From assembly GCA_009103225.1 (NCBI GenBank), contig RHPI01003369.1, forward strand, positions 208,911 through 272,910: 64,000 nucleotides of DNA, read 5' to 3'. Every line of letters begins with the position of its first letter. Position 1 is the first letter of the stretch. Made by a program: the position numbers and the translations under genes. The notes under the pieces are model-generated. The model saw nothing but the letters and a program-made list of their open reading frames with translations. It ran no database searches and had not been told where the DNA came from. Shown here piece by piece: positions 16,838 through 27,411 of the stretch. The DNA comes from Chlorokybus atmophyticus (lineage: Eukaryota > Plantae > Mesostigma and Chlorokybus algae).

Positions 16838-18207
16838 TCACCAGTCAGGGCTCTCAGGTGCACGTGAAGGCGTGCTGCGCTTGCGCTTATGCGCGGGTGA
16901 CCTCAAGCTCCACGGGTCATACGTGACGCCACTCTTGGCTGAGTTGGGTGGAGACACGGGGCAACACGCATCGGATGAAAGTGCCGGAGATGCGGGATGA
17001 TTTGGGATGGAAAGAGGGCTGATAGGTGGTCTTTGTCTCTTGGAGTACAGGGTGTTGGACTTGTAGTTGTTGTGTCGTGCGAAGTTGGGTGTGCTCCGCC
17101 TGTGTCGGGGCGGACGCGGGTGTTGCTGCCACATGGAGCCCTCGTCCTCATCATCTTCAATGTTGTTGTCGTGCGAGTGGCTCCCGCACTCCTCATCGCG
17201 GCTCACGCTGGACTCGCAAAGACTCGGGACCTCGCCGTCGTGTTGATCATCCTTTGCGGTGGGTGCCAGGGACACATGCTGCTCATCGTAGCTGGGACAC
17301 GCAGCCATGTGGGTAATCTTGCACCCTATCGAACAGTACTTGAAGTTGTCTTGCAGCGACCGGTCGCACACCACGCAAGATGACTGGAACGCCTTGCTTG
17401 TTGTGGGCACCTGTGGGTTTACACACATGTCAGCAACACAACATGTGTACTTCAAACCAACATTGGATGCAAGGTTGAGGTTCCCACAGCTCAAGTGCAC
17501 CAGCAAGGGTCCCAGATTGGGCCCAAGAGCTCAAATGGGACCCAATGCCAACATGAACAACATGTGCGAAATGTTTACTCCTCACACATACGGACCTGAG
17601 CGTGAGGGCGGGCGCGCAGGAAGATGATGCGGGCGGAGTTGATAACATAAGTCTGGATGCTAGACAGGTCCAGCTGGTGCTGGATGTCCAACAGCCGCAC
17701 CGCGTCGTGGTAGCTGGACTTGCGCACCTGAATCACCTTGTGTCCCCTGTCAACAGGCCACCATGTTGGTTTGTTGACCCACATACACGCGAGCGCGCGC
17801 ACACACACACACACACAATGTTGGTATGATGACTTGTAGCTCAGAGTCCAGGTCAAGCATTGCCACTTAAGAAGCATTGGAAGGCTTGCATGAGATGACA
17901 AGAGTTCAGCAGGTTAAAGGGAGAAACGTGAAGGTACACATTGCAAGGAGCTGTACCTGTGTGCTGAGAGGCATAGTGGGCATAGTGCAGCGTCCGGGCA
18001 TTGCATGCAGAAGAAGTTCCGCTCGCCCTTGACGCCTCCTCCGGCGGCTGCCACGTGTTCAGGGCAGGGCACAAAGAACGTCCCGCCTATCAGGCCGGCC
18101 AGCCACGCCGGCTCCAAACCCATCCCAGCCATCACCTTCTTCGTCAACGCCACCTGCATGATGCCGCTCACAGCGCCGCCTGCTTCTGTAGAGTCTCTCT
18201 TGCCCAT
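16838..18207 (-). CDS. PLATZ: PLATZ zinc-dependent DNA-binding transcription factor
   Basis: Exons 17957-18207, 17596-17746 and 16838-17410. Motifs: PAWL...FFVPCPEH, ERNFFCMQC...CPLCLSAHRGHKVIQVRKSSYHDAVR, IQTYVINSARIIFLRARP, CVVCDRSLQDNFKYCSIGCK and the C-terminal HKRKRSTPSRAP. Confidence 0.92.
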
Positions 18208-19724
18208 TGCACACCAGACCAGAACCACCAGACCAGAAACCAGGCCAGTAACAGACCAGGCCGGAGCTGCAGGAGACCAATGCTGGGGTGGAACCGAGGC
18301 GGAAAGCGCGCTACCTCTCTGGAGGAGATGACTGCAGCAATGTCGCCACTAACAACAACGACGGCGATGCCGACTATGACAACAATGAGACAGTTGCCTC
18401 TGTGTGGAAGCTACTGCCGCATTTAGCCAAGGCAGCAATCAGCGAAACACTGAGTTGTTGCGAGAGAGAAGGCAGGCAAGTCTCTCTCAAGTCCTTTGTG
18501 ACGTGGCAGGTACCTACATCATACGGACCGGCTGACGAGTGCAGGATACAGGATACCCAGGGGGTACACCCATGCATGATCGTCATGAGTTACATGGCAG
18601 GCCAGTAGGCTCAGCGCTGAGCCCCGTAATCAGCCCTCTAGCTAGCTAAGTGAGTAGCCCCTGATTACGGCCAAAGCTGAAATGAACTGTTTGCAATTCG
18701 TTTGTGCTCATGTTCTGGATCACTGCAATATACACAGCGGGCACTTTACCGCCAATCAAGATATGCGCTCCATTGTTAGTAGGTGAAAACGTAGCCTTGG
18801 GCAGAGTGACATTGAGCAAACAAACAGAGCACGCCTGCAGTTTGTGCGTGTGCAGTTATTGAGAGCCCTTGGACGCGTATTCTGCTGCGTGTCTTGGGCG
18901 TGTTTTATGCAATCTCGTCCCTCTGGATTCATGGCTCAAAGGGACGTGCTGACGGGTATGTCGCAGGTGACGAATGATTGTCTCAGACTTTGAGTTGCGA
19001 GCCAATCGATCGCACGTTTGCGTTCATCATTGCGCGCAGCCGTGTGGCCGCATGGCAGGGGAGATCCTGCCATGGGTGTCAGAGATGGGGTGCGGACGTG
19101 TCGTCGCGCGCGCCCGAGATCAAGCATGAGTGGGAACGAAGCGATGAGGACGGGGTTGAAGCCTACGACTCTGCGTTAATCATATGGTGGCGGCAGGCCC
19201 ACAATGCCAGCCACATGCGCAGGAAAAGCGCGCAAAAGGCGTGGAGAGAGATCTGATCCGAGCATATCTACTGCGGTGTGGCTGGACAGGTCAGCGACAA
19301 GGCTGCCACATGGTCACTGCCGTTTGCGGGCTGCGGTGCAAACCTCACGAGGGCAAAACCATTGGGGCAATGCTGCTCATGCAGCATGAGTCATGCTGCA
19401 CTAGGCCTACAAGTAGTGATCTCAACGCCATGACTGTATTTAAGTAACCTACCGGTATTGCTACATTGTAGCTGCACTATGTTTCTTGAGAAATAAGGAA
19501 GGAATACTTTAAGCGGTTTATGAAGTGTAATGCTCATAGAGATGATAGGTGACGAGCAGCATCTGATATGGTGCATTTAAGTATAACATGCGATTGTCTG
19601 TTGTATTACAACTTATACCGTATGCAAACCCCGTAACACATATCGATATTCGCTGCTGTAAAAGGTTGCATTTTATTGACGCAAAGGTGTGTATTCAAAA
19701 CATACTACATGTGTTATAGTTGTC

Positions 19725-19908
19725 ATCATATTTATGTAAACACAAGCCCCCACTTGAAACATAAGCCCCCCACCCTTTTTTTCTTGAAAGGGGCCTCTAA
19801 TCGAGCCCATTTTTGCCCGTTAAAACGCATTTTTAACGAAGGCCCCTCACCCTTTTTTTGCTTAAGGGGCTTGTTCACGGGGCTTTTATTCAAGTAAAAA
19901 CGGTATGC
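19725..19908. mobile_element. Possible degenerate MITE
   Basis: The left end has (A/T)AAGCCCCC twice and the right end reads GGGGCTTTTATTCAAGTAAAAACGGTA. This resembles short TIR-type MITE ends, but the left TIR is poorly preserved. Confidence 0.3.
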
Positions 19909-22900
19909 ATCTTGTAGGTAAACATGTGTTTATCGTAATAGATTTATTGTTACATTTATTTTTAATATGCATATAAACATATAGATTATAGCATGCTATC
20001 AATCTCTTGCAATAATGGAGTTTTTCTCAAAACATGATGCAAATTTAGGGCTGAGCGATTAAGAGCCGCTGAAATTAAATATATTAAAAATGCGTGTAAT
20101 ATCGCATATTTAAGTAATTATGACGTGATATTGCTATACTGAACGTATGGTGTGTATAGTCCACATATAATATAAATAAAAAGTCACATACAATATGCGA
20201 AAGTTCAATGCATATATGCACTTGCTAAGATCTGTGACAATGTGTACCCTCATTTGATGCATACATTACCTTGCAATGCAAGTGCACTGTACATCACATA
20301 CAGCACATCAAATGTGCTCCGCGTCGGCATGTATAACATAAAGCAAAGATCATATCCTTTACCGTACGTGCTCAACATGCCGTTAAGTACGCGAGCTATT
20401 TGGATACAGTGTAGCTGGGTTGCATCGTCTCAGACGAATCGTCGATTCGTCTGTCATAACGTATAGGGTAAGTGTAGTATTCTTCGGACGCTTTTTGCCG
20501 ATAAGCGTCGACTGAACGGTATACGCCACCATTTAGGGTGGTGCCGTCACATCAAAAAATCATCTACATGAAACGGCGCAACTTTCTGTCCAATTTATGG
20601 TTCATGTGTAGCGCCGGCTATGGCCTGGCACAGAACGACGGTAGCACAGCCGGGCATCAGCCGTACTGTTTCTCAATTTCGGACGACCGATGCCCACCTG
20701 CAAGAATGGCCGCCGGTTGCAACGCACGAACAGAAAAGTGCTCTTCCCATCAAGTTAGGTACGGCGGCGTCACCTGCAGGTCACAAAAACAGTGTCGCGC
20801 ACTGCTAACGGGCATGGCCGAGCCCGGTCGGGCAGCATCGTCCGGAATCATGAAATGACCGAAGTTAGGTACACTTACCCTACATTGCATTTACAAAGTG
20901 TCTTGTATGTTGAGGTCGATATCATTTGTTCACTATGCGACATGAACACGGCATTGTCACGATGACTGCCCTCGGCACGCACTTACCCCTCGTACCCCTT
21001 GTGCGCCCCCACCAGCAACATGGTTGGTCGATCCGGTTCACGCGGTAGCCGACAGCGTGACAAGAGTCTTGAAGACCCATCGACACCACCTCCGTTGTCA
21101 GCCAATGAGGCAAGAATTGTTGCGGCGATTGTCGAAATCCATGTAAGCGATATAGATACAAAAGCTCATCAGACTAAGTGTAGTATACTTTATTCAGACC
21201 ACAACGTTATTGCAAGAAGACAACATTGTCACTAACAGACACGGCGTGTTTAAGATCATCAACGCTTAGTTCAAGTTTGCACAAAAAATGGAAAGTATAT
21301 ATGATATAATTCATATCATTCATATATTAGTGCACAAAGAGTAACCTATCGAATAAGGGTTAGGCGTATGACTTGGCCCTTAATTGCATGTCAACGACAG
21401 TCACAACCATTTTAAGAAGCATGCAAAGCAAGTGCAGGTTGCAAGCTAGCACGCGGATTGCATGTGTCGTGCATGAGCAGTCCTGTTGTGCATTTTATGT
21501 ACACCCGAAGCACAAGCGCCCACATATCCGCAACTGCCAAGTGTGCTTAGTATAGATGATGCATGCTCTGGCCATCTATCATTATCATACACTAGCACCT
21601 ACCCACAATATTTGCAACAATTATACCAAATATGCCACACGTATTGGTACCACACCAATGATGGACAGAATGTGTGCAAAGCTAAAGCATGGGTACGAAC
21701 TGATCCGTCTCCCAAACACATGATGCGGATGCAAATCCTAGCGTGCAATTCAATAGGGAGTCACCATGCTAGGCCCCGGGAATGGCTCTTACTGCCCGTA
21801 CGACATATAGCAACATACCATGATGAGTAGTACTCACGTAAAGCATTGACTTGATTTCTACGACAGCTGCTGCACGGCGCAAGTTTCGCAATGGCACCCT
21901 AATGATCCTCATCAAGCCCGTCAAATGCGCAGTGAGCAAGCAGCCATTGCGAAAGGTACGCTGGAAGTACTACTACAACTCGCTAACACCCTCCTTGCTA
22001 TCATGTTGTATCGCTTTGTCCACAACAACTATCGCAAACTTTGCCGCCGCCACCTCCCCTTAAATAGCCTGACGACCCCTCCTGCCAAGATAGTGTTCAA
22101 CGCATGCGCTGCGCGCCGTATCTGCTATCAACCTCCACACCGCACTGCCGGATGACAGCAACAAATCGTTGCAAAATGTTTCCCTTGTCGGCTGATTATG
22201 TCGCAAGTTTTACATGAAAACTGCCAAGGGATTGAGAGATTGACGGGTGCCTGACCCTGCCTAATCCTACCTGACGTAACAGATTGGTTTATAAAGGGAC
22301 TTTTTGACGGCCGTTACTACTAAGCAACATATATCGACGGCAAGCGGTCGGCCGATAGGTACAATCGACGGCGGCCTGCCTGTGACGGCAACACCGCATT
22401 TTAAGGTTCCGGCCGATTGTCGGTCGTCTCATTTGCGCGATGGCAATCTATCTGTATAGCAAATAAGTCACGTTTTGGTCATATACAGTGACGGCCGACC
22501 GTCGGTCGTACCCTGACCGTCGGAAGTATGCGCGACGGCCTGCCTACTATGGCAAGCAAATCACCGTTAATCCCTATCAGGTGAGCTTATCGCGTTTATT
22601 AAGTGACGGCCGACCGCCGGTCGTGCACTTAACACGGCGGCGACCAAACGGTGATGCAAGCAACTTACCGCCCGTTCTATATGTCGGCGAGTAATGCCGG
22701 TAAATTGAACACAATGCAATTATCGTACCATACCAATGGTACAAAATTTCCACTGCTATAATGACATAATCGTACCATTTGAATGGTGCCACGGTGCCAT
22801 TGTACCGTTAAACGTTTGAATGACTTGGGCTGCCCAACGGCTTTTAAACGCTTAACGGCTTGAAGTGTTGAACAGGTGAGCGCTGGGCGGCGGCGGTGAC

Positions 22901-23493
22901 GGCCCACAGGAAGTAAGCTTGTATGCTGACGTTGTTATGCGCACGCAAGCTAATTGTCGTTCTTGTCTTAGGGTGGCCCTGGCCAGACCAAACTAGGCCA
23001 CACCAGGCCAAACCAGGCCAGGCCAGGCCAAGCTAGGCCAGGCGGCGGCGGTATGGTAAGCGACAGCATGCGAGTGTGAAGGTTGTGTATTTTGCCGTTG
23101 ACTGCGCTTGATTAATTGCCTTGTGCTTTGCAAGAGCGGCGGTGGATAAGGAGCGACGGCGGAGGTGGAGCGCGGTGCAGGAGCGCCGATTTTTATTAAG
23201 CCTTAGATGAGGGTAGTAGTAATGGTAGTAGTAGCTCACAATATGTAGTTTAGATTATGCATACATCGTAGTACTTTTGTCACTTGCAATGTATATTGTG
23301 TTTTTTTATTTCAGTCGCCGTCTTGCTTGTCACGCATTTGAGTATCCAATCATGACCAAAACGGTACTCACATGTACCTTTAGACGAATCTATCAATAAC
23401 GGTCGTTAGGGAAAAGGTACCATTAGGTACTTGTTAGTCACATTGAGTAGTGTACAGTTACCGGTACATTAACTGTACCTGATTAACAGGTAC

Positions 23494-23910
23494 TGTTGAA
23501 GGTATCACATGGGTTATGCTTGTATCCGGTCAGCTTGCCCTCCATACAGGAGTCGAGAGTCGAAGGTATGGGCTGAGCACGTGGACTCCGGGCTTAGCAA
23601 GACGGTCGAGTCAGGACGGACTCCAGACCAGATGCTGAGTAGAGCGTTGGGAAAAACCGCGTAGCGTTGTGGATACGTAAGCTTAGCAGGCGTGGCTTAG
23701 CTTGTTGAAAAGCTCTGGTCGTGAGCTAAATAGCGCAACTTAGAGCGCATTGAAAGGCTGCGTATTGTGCACGCGGTGCTTGCAAATGCACACGTGTGTA
23801 GAAACTGGCTGGGTATAAAACCCCTGGACTTGTATGGCATTAATGGCAGTAGCAGTCATGCTCTTGTGTTGATGTTGTTGGCGTGTCACTTGCACGTGTG
23901 TATGTCAACA
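23494..23910 (+). repeat. 5' LTR of the copia-derived element
   Basis: TGTTGAAGG...GTCAACA, a direct repeat of 25598-26014. Confidence 0.95.
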
Positions 23911-24039
23911 GGTTATGGGGCAACACATGCTGATGTAGGTTGATGGAGTGTGTTACAATTGTGTGAGTAGCTGTAGTTGCTTGGTGTGGAGTAGGTTGTA
24001 AGGTCTGCAAGTAGCAGAGGGGCAACCACGGCCACAAGC

Positions 24040-25464
24040 ATGAATGGCTTGAAGTTCACAATTGAACCACTCGACGTTGACAACTACAACATATGGAGCG
24101 TGAAGATGGAGCTACTACTGGCCCACAAGGAGGTGTGGAAGTATGTGAATCCGGCGGAGGCAGTCCCTGTAGGCGAAGCGAGAGTCCGGGCAACACAATG
24201 GAGAAAAGCTTTATCTTTGATAGGCTTGCACATGGCTGATCATCACCAGGTGCTGGTGAAGGAGTGCACGAGTGCACAGGAGCTTTGGATGAAGTTGAAT
24301 AGCCACTTCAAGTCGCGCAACATGGCGAGGAGACTGCAGCTGAGGCAGGAGCTCAACTCATTGCGCAAGGAGAGCGGGGAGCCCATTGTTAAGTTCATGG
24401 CGCGAGCAAAGGCGTTGTGGAGGGACTTGCTGGGTGTTGGCCACGAGCTCAAGGAAGTTGAGGTGGTGTGGGCTGTGCTCTCAGGTTTGCCCAAAGAGTA
24501 CAGGGTTGTTGTCACTATCTTGGAGTCTGGGAAGGAAAACTTGTCAATGGATGGGGTGACACCAATGCTTCTTCAAGAAGAGCAGCGCTTGTAGAAGGAG
24601 GACGATGATGGAGAGGGAGCACCTGGAGGTGCTATGGCATTCACGTCATCAACGAAGCATTATGTGAGGAAGGGCGTTCGAGGCATCAACGTGGAGTGTT
24701 GGCACTGCGGGGAGCGTGGTCACATAAAGATGAAGTGTCCCAAGTTGAAGAAGGCTGATGGTGAGCATCGAGCGGTTGCTTTCCATGCATTGGATGAGGG
24801 AGCGGAGTATCCTGGGTGGGTGCTGGACACGGGAGCGAACAGGCATCTCACAAGCGATAGGAGCAAGCTTGCCAACCTCACTCCTTTGACTGAGCCAGTT
24901 ACGGCGGATTTTGGGAACCGGCAGATGCTGGAAGCTGTTGCAAAGGGAGATGCCAATCTAAGGTGCAAGGTTGGTTGTATGGTGAAGGAGGTTGTGCTTA
25001 GGGATCAACTGTATGTGCCAGGTGCATGTGCTAATTTGTTCTCAGTACGTAGAGCCACGATAGTTGGTGCAAGGGCTATGTTTGATGCGGACAAGGCTCG
25101 TATAGAGCTTGGCGGTGTCACGCATGTAGTAGGCATCAACAGGAGTGGACTCTACTATATGGAGGAGGACGGTGCGCACAAGGTTGTTGCAAAGACAAGG
25201 GTGGTCGAGAAGACAGCGTTTAAGACACCACAAGGTCATGGCAACAAGGAGGAGGCACAAAAGGTTGCTGTCACAAGGAGCTCGGAGACCGTGGGAGCTG
25301 CAAAGAGCTACAAGGAAGCGCTGGCGAGCAAGGTGCAGCAAGTAAAGGTTAGCAAGGAGCATGTGCATCAAGAGCATCACAGAGACAAGGGCAAGAAGTT
25401 GAAGGCCAACCAAGGGGCCCAAGTTGCTGTGAAGGACAAGGTGTTCTCTATAAATAAATTTTAA
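24040..25464 (+). pseudogene. Copia gag-CCHC-protease ORF with one in-frame stop (TAG 24592-24594); no integrase, RT or RNase H
   Basis: NYNIWSVKMELLL, LWMKLNSHF...RRLQLRQELNSLRKESGEPI, VLSGLPKEYRVVVTILES (UBN2-type gag), CWHCGERGHIKMKCP, WVLDTGANRHL (protease), LYVPGACANLFSV and GLYYM. The same frame continues across the stop. Confidence 0.9.
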
Positions 25465-25597
25465 GCTTTGGTGGGAAACGTGGAGGAGCTGGAGCAAGAG
25501 GAGGTAAAGACCTTCTGTGCCATCGTTCGGAAGAAGAAGAGAAGCAAGGATTGCCAACATGTTGGAGGTGTTTAAGACCAAGCTGCCTGCGTGAGAG

Positions 25598-26014
25598 TGT
25601 TGAAGGTATCACATGGGTGATGCTTGTATCCGGTCAGCTTGCCCTCCATACATGAGTCGAGAGTCGATGGTATGGGCTGAGCACGTGGACTCCGGACTTA
25701 GCAAGACGGTCGAGCCAGGACGGACTCCGGATCAGATGCTGAGTAGAGCATTGGGAGAAACCGCGTAGCGTTATGAATACGTAAGCTTAGCAGGCGTGGC
25801 TTAGCTTGTTGGAAAGCTCTAGTCGTGAGCTAAATAGCGCAACTTAGAGCGCGTTGAAAATTTGCGTATTGTGCACGCGGTGCTTGCAAATGTAGACGTG
25901 TGTACAAAATGGCGGGGTATAAAACCCCTGGACTTGTATGGCATTAATGACAGTAGCAGTCATGCTCTTGTGTTGATGTTGTTGGCGTGTCACTTGCATG
26001 TGTGTATGTCAGCA
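25598..26014 (+). repeat. 3' LTR of the copia-derived element
   Basis: TGTTGAAGG...GTCAGCA followed by TSD GGTAC. Confidence 0.95.
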
Positions 26015-26568
26015 GGTACAGGTTGGTTAGGTTAAGTCTTTTTTGCCTAATGGGTATGTAACTGACAGATACCTGTCCGTCCAAGTCAATCTCTTTGCGT
26101 AAACGGCCGGGGACGGCCGTGTATATTCAGGCACGTGTAACGAGATTACAGGTGGACTGAGCCACGACAGTTCAAATAAGTATCCTCAGGTGCAAGGCCG
26201 TGGCCGATATTTAGTCGCCCGTGCACCTGAGGATACCCATTTAGGCTCTCGTGGATCAGTCCACTTATAATCTCCATACAGAGACCTGAGTATAATAGCC
26301 GTCACCATTGGTCGGTGGCCGTCTGCATAAAGGGACTGACCCTAACTGATGGGTACCTGTAAGGTACTGATCAGTTGAGCAAAGGGCACTTGCTCTAGGT
26401 AACTGATACCCAACAGTTAGGCACAGGCGACTTTACGTAAAAAGTATTTAACTGTCAGGTACTTGTACAGTATCTTATAGGATCTGACATTACTTTTGAA
26501 GGTACTAACTGTAACGAGAAGGTACATTAAATTACTATAAATCGATCTTAAAAGCACCAAGTCTTTTG

Positions 26569-26623
26569 TGGTCGAGTGGGCCGTGACATTGGTCATCGGA
26601 GCTTGAGACCCGGGTTCGATTCC
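26569..26623 (+). promoter_or_regulatory. Type 2 Pol III internal promoter: A box TGGTCGAGTGG (26569-26579) and B box GGTTCGATTCC (26613-26623)
   Basis: Both boxes match consensus and start 44 nt apart, as in tRNA genes. TATAAA lies about 30 nt upstream and CAA lies just before the predicted start. Confidence 0.75.
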
Positions 26624-26799
26624 TGCCTTGCACACGAATTCCATGGTTGTTGTTTCTCAGTCCAGTAACATCGTAAATGGTCACCTCATAAGTGCCATCC
26701 TTGATGGGTTGCGACACCTGATGGCATTCGTGCCGGCAGGGCGCGACCTGCCTGTCGCGATGCAACCTGTGGGGCCGGCAGCGGTGCGCTATGCGCGCG

Positions 26800-26835
26800 T
26801 TGACCGGTATGGGCCTTTAGGCCCATACCGGTCAA
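26800..26835. repeat. Perfect 17-bp inverted repeat inside the TRIM
   Basis: TTGACCGGTATGGGCCT-TT-AGGCCCATACCGGTCAA. Confidence 0.95.
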
Positions 26836-27147
26836 AATTAGCCGGTTCTTGGGCGGTGGGGCCGGTGACCGACCCTAATCAGACCCCTGGGATGATTCCC
26901 CAGCTGATGGGAGCCAGCTGCCGAGGACGTCAGCGTTCTTAAGTGGGGGGGAATGTAACGGGAAGGTACATTAAACTACCATAAATCGACCATAAAAGCA
27001 CCAAGTCTTTTGTGGTCGAGTGGGCTGTGACATTAACAGATACCGTTCATACTGTGAGAGAGAGACGGCATGTCACAAGCAGAATTGCCATTTAAAAGGA
27101 TAAACATCAATTAACACATTACATGCTGTTGCTATAGTATACTGTGA

Positions 27148-27181
<34 letters not shown>

Positions 27182-27192
27182 GTACTACTACT
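27148..27192. repeat. (TAC)n microsatellite
   Basis: Direct reading. Confidence 0.9.
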
Positions 27193-27355
27193 CCACTACC
27201 CTCCACCACTTACACTAAGTCCTCAACTAAGTCGCCGCTCCTCCGCTTCTGCGCCGTCGCTTCTCCTCCGCCTCCGCCGCCTTGTCGTCGCTCTAGCACC
27301 TGCGCCTGGCCTGCTCAGCAAGCAGAGCGATTAGGCTGTTACACAACACAACGGC

Positions 27356-27358
<3 letters not shown>

Positions 27359-27409
<51 letters not shown>
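27359..27409. repeat. (CA)n microsatellite
   Basis: Direct reading, about 25 units. Confidence 0.95.

Positions 27410-27411
<2 letters not shown>

Larger units (their letters stand above)
23494..26014 (+). mobile_element. Non-autonomous Ty1/copia-derived LTR element (gag-zinc knuckle-protease only; TR-GAG-like), 2521 bp
   Basis: LTRs 23494-23910 and 25598-26014 (417 bp each, TG...CA, about 25 differences by eye). 5-bp TSD GGTAC on both sides. PBS GGTTATGGGGC, the copia half-tRNA-iMet type. Confidence 0.95.
26510..27032 (+). mobile_element. 523-bp TRIM (miniature LTR retrotransposon) carrying a tRNA-type Pol III promoter
   Basis: 79-bp LTRs at 26510-26588 and 26954-27032 (TGTAAC...GTGACA, 6 differences). 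PBS TGGTCATCGGAGC begins 1 nt after the 5' LTR and resembles the tRNA-iMet PBS TGGTATCAGAGC. PPT GGGGGGGAA abuts the 3' LTR. Flanks are CTAAC and TTAAC (5-bp TSD with one mismatch). No ORF. Confidence 0.9.

Noticed and set aside
26553-26635. Functional tRNA gene
   Set aside because: A and B boxes are present, but there is no paired anticodon stem and an 8-nt insertion breaks the acceptor stem. The sequence straddles an LTR/PBS junction.
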